A stretch of 64,000 bases of DNA from a bacterium. GTDB lineage: Bacteria; Zixibacteria; MSB-5A5; GN15; FEB-12. The translations under genes were made by a program, and so were the position numbers. Numbering within the stretch: position 1 is the stretch's first letter; each line of letters opens with the position of its first letter. The stretch covers positions 2,278 to 66,277 of the forward strand of contig JBDRNJ010000065.1 in assembly GCA_043811375.1 (NCBI GenBank), in the 5' to 3' direction. Positions 45,299 through 54,181 of this stretch are shown one piece after another. The notes beneath the pieces are model-generated. The model ran no database searches. It was not told the DNA's origin and saw only the letters and a program-made list of their open reading frames with translations.

Positions 45299-46720
45299 CT
45301 ACAATCTGGCTTTGCGTTTTGTTCCGTTGGCTAACCGGTGTTTGCCGTTCACGCGCGGAGGTTTGATCGGGTAGCGACCGGAAAAACAACTTGAACAGAA
45401 GGTCGTACGGGGCAGCGATTGCATCGACAGCATTCCCGATAGCGACAGATACTGCAGAGAGTCGGCCTGCAAAAACTTCCTGATCTGTTCCACCGACATC
45501 CGGTACCCGATCAACTCGCGCCTGGTAGGCATGTCGATTCCGAAAAAGCAGGGAGATATGATCGGCGGCGAAGATACCCGGAAATGTACCTCCCGAGCGC
45601 CGGCATTGCGGATGAGTTTGACCAGTTTCTGCGAGGTAGTGCCGCGAACAATAGAATCGTCGACGACTATTACCCGCCGTCCTTTCAGGACTCCCTTGAC
45701 AGGGTTGAATTTAACTTTTACGTCGAGGTCGCGCACCTGTTGCTGGGGGTCAATGAACGTTCGCCCCACGTAGTGGTTGCGAATGAGACCGATTTCAAAG
45801 GGAATACCGGATTCCTCCGAGTAGCCCAGGGTGGCTGTGTTGGCCGAGTCGGGAATGCCGATGACAATATCGGCTGCAACCGGATGTTCCCGCGCCAGCA
45901 AACGCCCCAGGCGACGACGAATCTTGTCGACGTTCTCGCCAAATACGATCGAGTCGGGTCGGGAGAAATATATGTACTCAAAGATGCAGCAGGCCGGTTT
46001 GGTTTTCTTGAAAGGTTGCCGTGTTTTAAGCCCGCCGCGCTTGATCTCAACGACTTCTCCCGGAGCGATATCGCGAACATAGTGGGCTCCGATCAGATCA
46101 AAAGCGCACGATTCCGAAGCTACCACCCAGGCCTGACGGTACTTGCCCAGCGCCAGGGGATGGAAACCGTACGGGTCACGGGCGGCGATAATGGAATCTT
46201 CGGTTAGAAACAGCAATGAGTAAGCGCCCCGAACCTTCCTTAGGGCGTCGCAGATCCTGTCCAGTTGGGTGCGCCTTTTTGATCGGGCAGCCAGATGTAA
46301 AATGATTTCCGTATCTGAGGTTGTCTGGAATATGCAGCCCCGGGCATCCAAATCGGTGCGCAATTGCAGCGAATTGGTCAGGTTGCCGTTGTGGGCCACA
46401 GCCAGGTGCCGGTGGCGATTGGTAATGAGAAAAGGTTGAATGTTTATCAGCGATGATGCTCCGGTGGTGCTGTAGCGAGTGTGGCCGATAGCTATCCGAC
46501 CCCGGAGTTGTTCCAGTACTTGCTTGTCTGAGAATACTTCCGACACCAACCCCATAGCTTTATGCAGGTGAATATTACCATTGTCGGAGGTTACAATGCC
46601 CGCCGATTCCTGGCCCCGGTGCTGCAGAGCGTATAAACCAAGGTAGGACAACTCGGCAGCCTTGGAGTGCCCGACAATTCCAAAGACACCACATTGATCA
46701 TGTATCATTCGGTCCAGCAT
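45299..46720 (-). CDS. purF: Amidophosphoribosyltransferase
   Basis: An N-terminal CGVFGI Ntn-nucleophile motif, HRGQESAGI, HTRYSTTG, PRTase motif VIVVDDSIVRGTT, and C-terminal Cys residues (Fe-S type). GGAGGAA lies before the ATG. Confidence 0.9.
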   Translation of the reverse strand: MLDRMIHDQCGVFGIVGHSKAAELSYLGLYALQHRGQESAGIVTSDNGNIHLHKAMGLVSEVFSDKQVLEQLRGRIAIGHTRYSTTGASSLINIQPFLITNRHRHLAVAHNGNLTNSLQLRTDLDARGCIFQTTSDTEIILHLAARSKRRTQLDRICDALRKVRGAYSLLFLTEDSIIAARDPYGFHPLALGKYRQAWVVASESCAFDLIGAHYVRDIAPGEVVEIKRGGLKTRQPFKKTKPACCIFEYIYFSRPDSIVFGENVDKIRRRLGRLLAREHPVAADIVIGIPDSANTATLGYSEESGIPFEIGLIRNHYVGRTFIDPQQQVRDLDVKVKFNPVKGVLKGRRVIVVDDSIVRGTTSQKLVKLIRNAGAREVHFRVSSPPIISPCFFGIDMPTRRELIGYRMSVEQIRKFLQADSLQYLSLSGMLSMQSLPRTTFCSSCFSGRYPIKPPRVNGKHRLANGTKRKARL

Positions 46721-46758
46721 CCGTCATTCCTCCGGTGCCACAGGGCGAAAAGTTGGAA

Positions 46759-46785
46759 GTTATACCGCCCATCGCCGATTGTCAA
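46759..46785 (-). promoter_or_regulatory. Candidate purF promoter
   Basis: The minus strand reads TTGACA (46785-46780), 15 nt, TATAAC (46764-46759). The spacer is short. Confidence 0.35.
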
Positions 46786-47002
46786 CCGTTTTGGAAGGGG
46801 TTTGCATATCGGGTGTGCAGAGAATTGCGATCTTCGATATCCGGCAGGAGTTGCTCAATTATTGCACACAGAAAACTCTGGATAAGTGCCGCCGGCAGCA
46901 GTATCTTACGCCGTACTACATTACTTGACAGAGTACCGACGCAGCTCTCACAGGGGCACTGCTTTTGCTCAACATCAGTGACCAGGCAGAGCAGTTTTCG
47001 AT

Positions 47003-47764
47003 ATGGCAAAGGAAAAACTCGACAGATTCGCTATTCTCAGCCGGCTGGCTCTGGAAGCCGCCGATGGAGAAGATCTGAACCGAACGGCGCAAAATGCGCT
47101 GGAGCAGGCAGCCGAACTGGTCGGTCTGGCGGCAGCCTCACTGTTTTTGTTTGACGATCAACTCGAAATAACGGTGACGGTCAGTCATACCAGGTCCCCG
47201 AAATCCCGACAGCGCCTCGATTCGGTGGAACAGGAATTGTTCAAGAGACTGCGCCGGGATAAAGAGTTGGTCTCAGCTTACCTGTCTTTTGGCGGCGATG
47301 ACCCCTGCCACACCTTCACGTTGCCGCTGAGCTACCAATCCAAAGTCTTTGGAGCGGTAACTGGTCTGCAGGAGGGCAAGAGAACTGCCGTCACTGAGGA
47401 TGATTTTCTGAGTACCCTGTGTGCCCTGCTGGCGCTCAATTTCGCGGTCGGTAAACTGGCTAAAGACGCGGCTCCGGCGAAAGAGCGATTGGATCAGGAA
47501 CGCCTCGGCGCCATCGTTGAAACCGCCGTGGCTGTCAACCATGAAGTCAACAACCCGCTGACCGCTATCCTGGGCAACGTGCAATTGCTGTTACTGAAAC
47601 GTGACGATCTTGACCAGAACCTGGTGGCCAAGCTGAAGACAATAGAAACCTCGGCTCTCAAGATCAGGGATGTCACTCAGCGGTTGATGCGCATTTCCAC
47701 TCCCCGCACAGTCGAGTATACCGAAGGCACGAAAATGCTCGATTTGTCGTCCGATGAGGAGTAG
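47003..47764 (+). CDS. GAF-like domain fused to a HisKA/DHp domain, no ATPase domain
   Basis: The N-terminal ~150 aa are GAF-like (..LVGLAAASLFLFDD...FGAVTGL..). This is followed by the H-box AVNHEVNNPLTAILGNVQLLLL and a second helix. The protein ends ~60 aa later with no N/G1/G2 boxes. Confidence 0.65.
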   Translation: MAKEKLDRFAILSRLALEAADGEDLNRTAQNALEQAAELVGLAAASLFLFDDQLEITVTVSHTRSPKSRQRLDSVEQELFKRLRRDKELVSAYLSFGGDDPCHTFTLPLSYQSKVFGAVTGLQEGKRTAVTEDDFLSTLCALLALNFAVGKLAKDAAPAKERLDQERLGAIVETAVAVNHEVNNPLTAILGNVQLLLLKRDDLDQNLVAKLKTIETSALKIRDVTQRLMRISTPRTVEYTEGTKMLDLSSDEE

Positions 47765-47811
47765 CCTGCTCACCGGGTTTGCCCGGTCATCTTATCAATA
47801 ACCGGCAGCGA

Positions 47812-47845
47812 CAGAAAAAGGGCAGAACCATGTCAGATTCTGCCC
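47812..47845 (-). terminator. Rho-independent terminator of the 47883-48644 gene
   Basis: The minus strand reads gggcaga-N12-tctgccc followed by tttttct. Confidence 0.6.
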
Positions 47846-47882
47846 CATTGGACTCGGTTCGTAACAAATGATCCGCCGGTGA

Positions 47883-48644
47883 TCAGATGTACTTTTCGTA
47901 GAACTTCTTTACCACTTCATCTAATATGGCGGCATGGCTTTTGTACGTCTCCATGTCCTTCTTGTCGCAGCATTCCTTCATCTGCATAGCCAGTTTCTTC
48001 ATGACGGCGACAGCCCGCATTATCTCAGCCTGGTGATCCTTCAATTCAACAGGAACACTGGCCGTATCCGCCAATACTGAGAACCGGTTCAGCAGGGTTT
48101 CTGTAGAACCGACAATTCCCTCCAGATTATCTTTAGGCATATGGGTTCCGACAATCAAATCCAGCGTCACCGCCAGAGCCTCGATCTCCGGGTAGGAAAC
48201 GGGCAATAGCGTTGAAGCGGTCATTTCGAAGGCGTCGTGAAGACCGGGCATAAGTTCATACACTTTGTCCTTCTCGCCTCTTTCGGCGGCCGCCGAATAG
48301 GCTTTGACGTATTTGGCAAACTCGTCGCGATACTTCATGAAATCCTGTTGGCGCTTCAGGGATTTGAAGGTCGGTTCCATTTTGGCGATTGCCACAAACG
48401 CTTCGGCGAACCTGGAACCTGCCAAAAGCAGGGACTCATAGTCCTTGTCCGGCCACGCCTCATGCCATACTGGAGCCAGAATCTTATGGAACTGGTGGAA
48501 GGGATCATGCCCCAGTTCGGCAGCCCGGTTCGCCGGACATCCGGCATGACCCGGTCCCGATCCCTCTTCCACCGGCGCTTCACCTCCTGTAGCCATCGGC
48601 GCCAACAACAATACCGCGACCAGGATCAACAAATGCTTGTGCAT
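47883..48644 (-). CDS. Secreted all-helical protein of unknown function
   Basis: Signal peptide MHKHLLILVAVLLLAPMATG. Helix-rich and His-rich (HDPFHQFHKILAPVWHEAW). AGGAGG lies before the ATG. The gene is 45 nt downstream of the FAD oxidoreductase gene. Confidence 0.55.
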   Translation of the reverse strand: MHKHLLILVAVLLLAPMATGGEAPVEEGSGPGHAGCPANRAAELGHDPFHQFHKILAPVWHEAWPDKDYESLLLAGSRFAEAFVAIAKMEPTFKSLKRQQDFMKYRDEFAKYVKAYSAAAERGEKDKVYELMPGLHDAFEMTASTLLPVSYPEIEALAVTLDLIVGTHMPKDNLEGIVGSTETLLNRFSVLADTASVPVELKDHQAEIMRAVAVMKKLAMQMKECCDKKDMETYKSHAAILDEVVKKFYEKYI

Positions 48645-48689
48645 ACAACCTCCTGTAGTATTGCATACTTATACGAATATGCAGTTAAT

Positions 48690-49838
48690 TCAGATTACGT
48701 TGGTTTCGTTGACAACGGTTCCTGTAACAAACCTATCCGGTGCCAGTTTTGATATATCAAGGGAAGGTTTCAGCCCGGTCAGGATTTGGGCGGTAACCAG
48801 TCCCGCCGCCGGAGCCTGCATAAAACCGTGCCCGGAGAAGCCGGTGACATGAAACATTCCCGAAACTGACGGTTCGTAGCCGATTATGGCATGATGATCC
48901 GGCGTTGTCTCATAGAGTCCGGCCCACTGGTTGGCTATTTCGGCTTGTTCAAGTTGTGGAATCCGGTTCAGCGCCTTCTCTAGAATGGCATCGGTGTAGT
49001 CAGGATCAATGGAAGTGTCAAAGGATGGTTCTACCGAACCGTCGGCCCATCCCAGCAGCATCCCTTTTGATTCCTTATGACAATACAACCCTGACTCAAC
49101 ATCGACCACCATCGGGAAAAACGGCTTGACGAAATCAAGTACACCGGTGGTGACAATTTGTCGGCGAATCGGGTCCACCGGCACTTCGGCATCAACCATG
49201 GCTCCGATCAGCCTGGCCTGCGGACCGGCACAATTAATCACCAGGGGTGTGGAGATGTTTCCGTTGCCGGTTTCTACTGCGGTAATCTTGCCGCCGGTGA
49301 CGGCGATATCGGTCACGTCCGTGTCCAGCTCGAAATTGACACCAAGTCTGCGACCCGCTTGCTCGTACCCGGTGAGGAATTCGTGGGGGTCACCCAGGCC
49401 GTCATCACTGCAGTAAGTTGCCAGTTTGATATCGTCGGTGCGAACGTGCGGCGCCACCCTGCCGATTTCTTCCGGCGTCAGTAGCTCCACCTTAAGTCCT
49501 AATGACTGTTGCAGTTGATAGGCTTTCTTAAACTGTTGGATGTCGTCGTCGCGCTGAAGAAGAAACATGTATCCGACCCGGTCAAACAGAGCTTTGGCGC
49601 CTGTTTCATCTTCAAAATCGGTGAAAATCTTCTCAGACAGCATTGACAACTCTATGTTCACCCGGGTGGAAAATTGTGCCCTGATTCCGCCGGCGGCCTT
49701 GGAGGTGGCTCCCGAACCGAGCAACTGTTCCTTTTCAACCAGCACGATCCGGCCATACTTCTGCCGAGCCAGGTAGAAAGCTACCGCCACCCCAACAATT
49801 CCTCCACCTATGATGACAACGTCAGCAGTCGCTCGCAT
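48690..49838 (-). CDS. FAD-dependent oxidoreductase (DAO family; glycine/sarcosine/D-amino-acid oxidase-like)
   Basis: The dinucleotide-binding motif DVVIIGGGIVGVAVAFYLA, 382 aa, and a C-terminal HGFM-type segment. AGAGGAG lies before the ATG. Confidence 0.8.
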   Translation of the reverse strand: MRATADVVIIGGGIVGVAVAFYLARQKYGRIVLVEKEQLLGSGATSKAAGGIRAQFSTRVNIELSMLSEKIFTDFEDETGAKALFDRVGYMFLLQRDDDIQQFKKAYQLQQSLGLKVELLTPEEIGRVAPHVRTDDIKLATYCSDDGLGDPHEFLTGYEQAGRRLGVNFELDTDVTDIAVTGGKITAVETGNGNISTPLVINCAGPQARLIGAMVDAEVPVDPIRRQIVTTGVLDFVKPFFPMVVDVESGLYCHKESKGMLLGWADGSVEPSFDTSIDPDYTDAILEKALNRIPQLEQAEIANQWAGLYETTPDHHAIIGYEPSVSGMFHVTGFSGHGFMQAPAAGLVTAQILTGLKPSLDISKLAPDRFVTGTVVNETNVI

Positions 49839-50013
49839 CAGGACTCCTCTTTTGGCTCAGCAACACCAGTTCTCATGATATTTTCCACCAAAAGGTATGC
49901 GAAAAGGCCTGCATGTCAAGACCTATTGCCGGTCGTGTCAAATCATACGCAATTGATGACCCTGCGATAATTTTGTTGTGGCAAGGCCGCCAACCGGATA
50001 GATTCAGCCACCT

Positions 50014-51771
50014 ATGCAACTTCCGACTATTGACAGATGGATCAGCAAGCTCCGTTTCTCGCAGACCAACGTGCTGCTTGTACTGTCAGCCCTGGTCGGT
50101 GTCGGCACGGCGCTGGGGGCAATCGGTTTCATTGCACTGATCCGTTACTTCAACCACCTTTTTTTCGGGTTAACCGATCAAATTTTAACTGAGGCCATAG
50201 GTTCGCAGGGATTCAGCATCAAGTACTGGTTTCCCGTAATCCCGATGCTGGGCGGACTACTGGTCGGTCCGATCGTCTACAAGTATGCTGCTGAGGCCAG
50301 GGGCCACGGTGTACCGGAAGTAATGAACGCCGTGGCGCGACTGGGGGGCATTATCCGTCCCCGGGTTGCGGCTGCCAAGACAATCGCCTCGGCCATCTGC
50401 ATAGGTTCCGGAGGTTCCGCCGGACGAGAGGGACCGATTGTGCAAATCGGCTCGGCCATTGGCTCAACTATCGGCCAGATGTTTCGTATGTCGGGTGACC
50501 GGGTCCGGATACTCGTCGGTTGCGGCGCTGCGGCAGGAATCTCATCGGTATTCAACGCACCCATAGCCGGTGTCATCTTTTCACTGGAGATTATACTGGG
50601 GAACTACGCTATCACCACATTTTCTCCCGTCATTATTTCTTCGGTAGTGGCCTCCATCATCACCCGCAGCGTTATGGGAAACCACCCCGCTTTCGACGTA
50701 CCCGACTACTCGCTGGTGTCGGCCTGGGAGATACCTCTGTACGTGGTCATGGGAATGATCCTCGGAGGCGGTGGCGTTCTGTTTACGAGAACACTGGCTG
50801 TTTTTGAAGATGGCTTTGAAAAGTTAAAAATGAACCCGATGTTCAAGCCTGCTCTGGGCGGTCTGCTGCTGGGTATTATCGCCATTTTTTACCCGCAGGT
50901 GCTGGCCGACGGATACGAAACAATAAAGCTCACTCTCTACGGGCAGATAACAGTCTGGTTGCTGATCGTTCTGATCTTCATGAAACTGGTGGCTACCAGC
51001 CTGACACTGGGCTCGGGCAACTCCGGCGGAATTTTCGCTCCTTCGTTGTTCATGGGCGCCGTCGCCGGTGGCGCCTTTGGCGTGCTGGTTCATGATTTGT
51101 TCCCGTCCAGTACCGCTGCTCCCGGAGCATATGCACTGGTGGGTATGGCGGGCATGGTTGCCGCCACCACACATGCGCCGATCACGGCCTTGCTGATTAT
51201 ATTCGAGATGACGTCAGACTATCGTATAATCCTGCCGTTGATGGTGACTGTCGTCTTCTCGGCCCTGGTCGCACGGCGGTTGTTTCCTCATTCTATCTAC
51301 ACCGTCAAGCTGATTCGGCGCGGTATCGACATTCGTGGCGGCAAGGATATCAACGTTTTGAAATCTCACCAGGTGTCGGAGATCATGGACACCGACTTCC
51401 AGACGATCTCAGCGTCGACGTCGCTGGTGCGGATATTCGATATGATGGAGCACTCCAAAGAGTCGTACTTTGTCGTTCAGGATATCAGCGGTCATATTCG
51501 AGGTGTGCTCACCCTGCAGGATATCCGGTCGGTACTAAGCCAGCATTCACTGGACTATCTGGTCATTGCCCAGGACCTGGTTCGCAAAGATACCGTGGTA
51601 CTGAATTCAGGTGACGATCTTGAACACGCTTTCAGCCAATTCGACGCCCGAGGTCTCAAGTTGATACCGGTGGTTGACAAATCGCAGCAAACGAAGGTGA
51701 TCGGCGTAATCCGCCGCGAAGCCTTGCTGAACTATTACAACCAGCGGCTGCTGGAGACACTACGGCGGTAG
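50014..51771 (+). CDS. ClC-family chloride channel/transporter with C-terminal CBS pair
   Basis: GHGVPEV, GREGPIVQIG, GIFAPSL, and two CBS motifs after aa ~450. Confidence 0.9.
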   Translation: MQLPTIDRWISKLRFSQTNVLLVLSALVGVGTALGAIGFIALIRYFNHLFFGLTDQILTEAIGSQGFSIKYWFPVIPMLGGLLVGPIVYKYAAEARGHGVPEVMNAVARLGGIIRPRVAAAKTIASAICIGSGGSAGREGPIVQIGSAIGSTIGQMFRMSGDRVRILVGCGAAAGISSVFNAPIAGVIFSLEIILGNYAITTFSPVIISSVVASIITRSVMGNHPAFDVPDYSLVSAWEIPLYVVMGMILGGGGVLFTRTLAVFEDGFEKLKMNPMFKPALGGLLLGIIAIFYPQVLADGYETIKLTLYGQITVWLLIVLIFMKLVATSLTLGSGNSGGIFAPSLFMGAVAGGAFGVLVHDLFPSSTAAPGAYALVGMAGMVAATTHAPITALLIIFEMTSDYRIILPLMVTVVFSALVARRLFPHSIYTVKLIRRGIDIRGGKDINVLKSHQVSEIMDTDFQTISASTSLVRIFDMMEHSKESYFVVQDISGHIRGVLTLQDIRSVLSQHSLDYLVIAQDLVRKDTVVLNSGDDLEHAFSQFDARGLKLIPVVDKSQQTKVIGVIRREALLNYYNQRLLETLRR

Positions 51772-51875
51772 GCCGTTACTCTGAATCTCGCCCCATAAAT
51801 GGGTTGGTCACCCATCGGCAGAATCTACAAGGGCTGACCAGTGGCATCGCCAGTGGCAAGCCACGTTTTACGCGC

Positions 51876-51932
51876 GGTCAGGAATCCCTTCCTGACCGTA
51901 ACAAATGTAGCCGTCACGAAAGGATTCGTGAC
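51876..51932. repeat. Pair of related REP-like hairpins
   Basis: ggtcagga-atccct-tcctgacc (51876-51897) and gtcacgaa-agga-ttcgtgac (51913-51932). Both fit GTCAsGAATCC(C)TTyCsTGAC. They lie in a convergent intergenic region. Confidence 0.55.
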
Positions 51933-51980
51933 AGCGCAAGAATGGCAGTTTTCACCTACACCTTAAAACAAAGATAAGAA

Positions 51981-52009
51981 GAAAGGCCGACCATAGCGGC
52001 CGGCCTTTC
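51981..52009. terminator. Bidirectional Rho-independent terminator (clc / M16 operon)
   Basis: gaaaggccg-N11-cggcctttc. The minus-strand reading is followed by ttcttatctttgtttt. Confidence 0.65.
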
Positions 52010-52030
52010 ACTCACTCTTTGTTGATGATA

Positions 52031-54181
52031 TTATTCCGGTTTGTCGAAGGCGTCGGTCGGTACGTCGCCGTTGATCACATACTCATTGACAACAGTCTCG
52101 GTCAGTTTCTGCCCGTCCAGTACTTGCGTGGAAGCCATCGGCAGTTTAATGCCGTTGACATCGGCCAGGTTGGATTGAGTTTCCTCTATGGTTCCGGCGC
52201 CCATCGGTGTTTCCTGGAAGTAGAACTTGCCGATCAGCACCTGCGTCTCGCTGTTGAAAGCCAGTCGACACAGTTGCTCACCCTCTTTGTCCACCAGGAC
52301 CACAAAATTCACCGGAGATCCGGCCATTTCTCCCGAACCATCGTAGACGGCCCGGTAATACGGATCATCCGAGGCAGCAAAGATGCTGATTGTGCTGCGC
52401 AACCATTCGCGCTCGGATTTGGTGATATCATCTTCGGTCATGGCAATCATATCCGGCGACATCTGGTCGGTCTTCCAGCCACTGTGACCGTTTCTGATCT
52501 GTATGATCTTCTGGCCCATGACACTCATGACGGTACGGATCTTGTCGGGCAAAACTCGCACCATCTCCATCGATATGGGAATCTCGCTGCCGCCCATGTT
52601 GAACATCACCGTGCTCTTCATGGAGTTTGATTTGACGTTCTTGAAACTCTGCAAACCACCGTGAGCCTCAACCGCCCGGTGCACGAGAGCCATCCCCTTT
52701 TCGAGGTTTTCCGGCGTCATCGTCAGATCTTTTTTCTCCTCGGCCGAGGGGATAGTGATATCGAGCGTGTCCACCGGGCCAAAACCCAACTCATCCAGCG
52801 GAATCTCAAAATCCTCGCCTTTACCGACCACCAGCACGCGCAGAGCCTCGGGATGAAGGTTCCTGTTGGCGGCGGCAATCACGTCTTCAGGAGTCACTTT
52901 CTCAACGTTTTCTTTCTCCTGAAAGAGAAAATCCTCCGGAAGATTATAGAAGTCGTATCTCATAAGACGCCGAACAACTTCCTCCTTCGAATCGAAATTG
53001 AAAACAAAGGAGTTGAGATAGCCGTCCTTCCCCAACCGCATTTCACTCTCCGTGGGCGGGTCAGTCTGCATACGCTTGACTTCCTTGACTATTTCCTTGA
53101 CTGCTTTGCCGGTCGTTTCCGATTTCGTCGAAGCGTAATTGTAGAACACACCCGGATAGGATATATTGGCGGTGTAAACGCCAAACACGGCGTAGGCCAA
53201 TCCCTCTTTGGATCGAACAGCATTAAACAGACGGTTGCCAAAACCACCTCCAAGGATATTGTTCATGACGATCCGGTCGGCATAGTCCTCGTCCGTCATC
53301 AACCCGCCAATATGACCCATAACAATGTTGGACTGGTTGACATCGGTTTTCTCCGCGTAGTAGATTTTGGTATCGAACTCGTAGTCTACCTCCGGCACCG
53401 GCGGAACCGGATCACCCGCCCTTTCCCAGTCGCCGAAGTACTGATTGATTTTTGCCAGTACGTCTTCCTTTTCGAAGTCACCCCAGATCGACATCTGGAT
53501 GTTCTGAGGATGGAAATAGGCCTGGTGGAAGGCAATCAGGTCATCCCTGGAGACGGCTTGAATAGTGGCGTATTCGGTGTGACGGGCGTAGGGTGATTTC
53601 GGCCCGTATACTGCCTTGCGAAACTCGCGGAAAGTAATCTGTTGCGGGTTGTCATTGCGGCGGGAGATAGATGATTTCTCCTGGACCTTGGACAGCCCGA
53701 TCTTGTCCTCGTCAAAGACTGGTCGACGAAGCACTTCCGCCAGTACCTCCAGCCCCAGATCGGTGTAATCGTTGAGGATATTGACCCGGGCGTCACCCGA
53801 GGTGGTGCCGATAAAGGTCTCGACGGAACCGCCCACCCCCTCCAGAAGTTCATCGATCTCGTCGCCGGTCCACTTCTCGGTGCCACCGGTGCGCATGACG
53901 GTGCCGCAGATACCGGCCAGTCCCACCTTGTCTTCCGGCTCCAGATAGCTCCCACAGTTCACCCTGACGGCGACATCAAACACTGGCAGGCTCTTGTCTA
54001 CCAAGAGGTAAAGCCGCAGGCCGTTGTCAAGGGTGACCCGTTCCACTTCCGGGATTTCAAGCTTGTTCAGCTTGGGGAATTTCAAGTCGTCGATGTCTCG
54101 TCCGGTGGCACTGACAACCACCAGCATCAAGGCCGCGACAAGAACCACAGAAAATATCGTGCTTGCTCTTCTCATTATCAC
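52031..54181 (-). CDS. M16-family peptidase, non-catalytic-type subunit with ~230-aa C-terminal extension
   Basis: Signal peptide. M16 fold, but GLAGICGTVMRTGG replaces HxxEH. The C-terminal extension (…MKSTVMFNMGGSEIPISMEMVRVLPDKIRTV…NGHSGWKTD…) looks LolA-like by pattern. Confidence 0.75.
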   Translation of the reverse strand: MIMRRASTIFSVVLVAALMLVVVSATGRDIDDLKFPKLNKLEIPEVERVTLDNGLRLYLLVDKSLPVFDVAVRVNCGSYLEPEDKVGLAGICGTVMRTGGTEKWTGDEIDELLEGVGGSVETFIGTTSGDARVNILNDYTDLGLEVLAEVLRRPVFDEDKIGLSKVQEKSSISRRNDNPQQITFREFRKAVYGPKSPYARHTEYATIQAVSRDDLIAFHQAYFHPQNIQMSIWGDFEKEDVLAKINQYFGDWERAGDPVPPVPEVDYEFDTKIYYAEKTDVNQSNIVMGHIGGLMTDEDYADRIVMNNILGGGFGNRLFNAVRSKEGLAYAVFGVYTANISYPGVFYNYASTKSETTGKAVKEIVKEVKRMQTDPPTESEMRLGKDGYLNSFVFNFDSKEEVVRRLMRYDFYNLPEDFLFQEKENVEKVTPEDVIAAANRNLHPEALRVLVVGKGEDFEIPLDELGFGPVDTLDITIPSAEEKKDLTMTPENLEKGMALVHRAVEAHGGLQSFKNVKSNSMKSTVMFNMGGSEIPISMEMVRVLPDKIRTVMSVMGQKIIQIRNGHSGWKTDQMSPDMIAMTEDDITKSEREWLRSTISIFAASDDPYYRAVYDGSGEMAGSPVNFVVLVDKEGEQLCRLAFNSETQVLIGKFYFQETPMGAGTIEETQSNLADVNGIKLPMASTQVLDGQKLTETVVNEYVINGDVPTDAFDKPE

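Noticed and set aside
49839-50013. Looked for a fluoride (crcB-motif) riboswitch upstream of the ClC gene
   Set aside because: The conserved GGCGAUG...AACCGCC...GAUGAUGCCUAC-type core is not visible. The channel has the canonical GREGP / GIFAPS motifs plus CBS domains, rather than the ClC-F variant.
52661-53596. Long antisense ORFs inside conserved genes: 52661-53596, 52019-52630, 59150-59845, 62106-62753, 45584-46207, 56508-57125, 5122-5670, 32982-33533, 26635-27144
   Set aside because: Each lies entirely opposite a gene with strong family motifs (M16, PfkA, metalloprotease, PurF, GlgP, TreT/OtsB, kinase, PgpH). Their translations are Arg/Gly/His-rich low-complexity sequence typical of GC-rich antisense frames.
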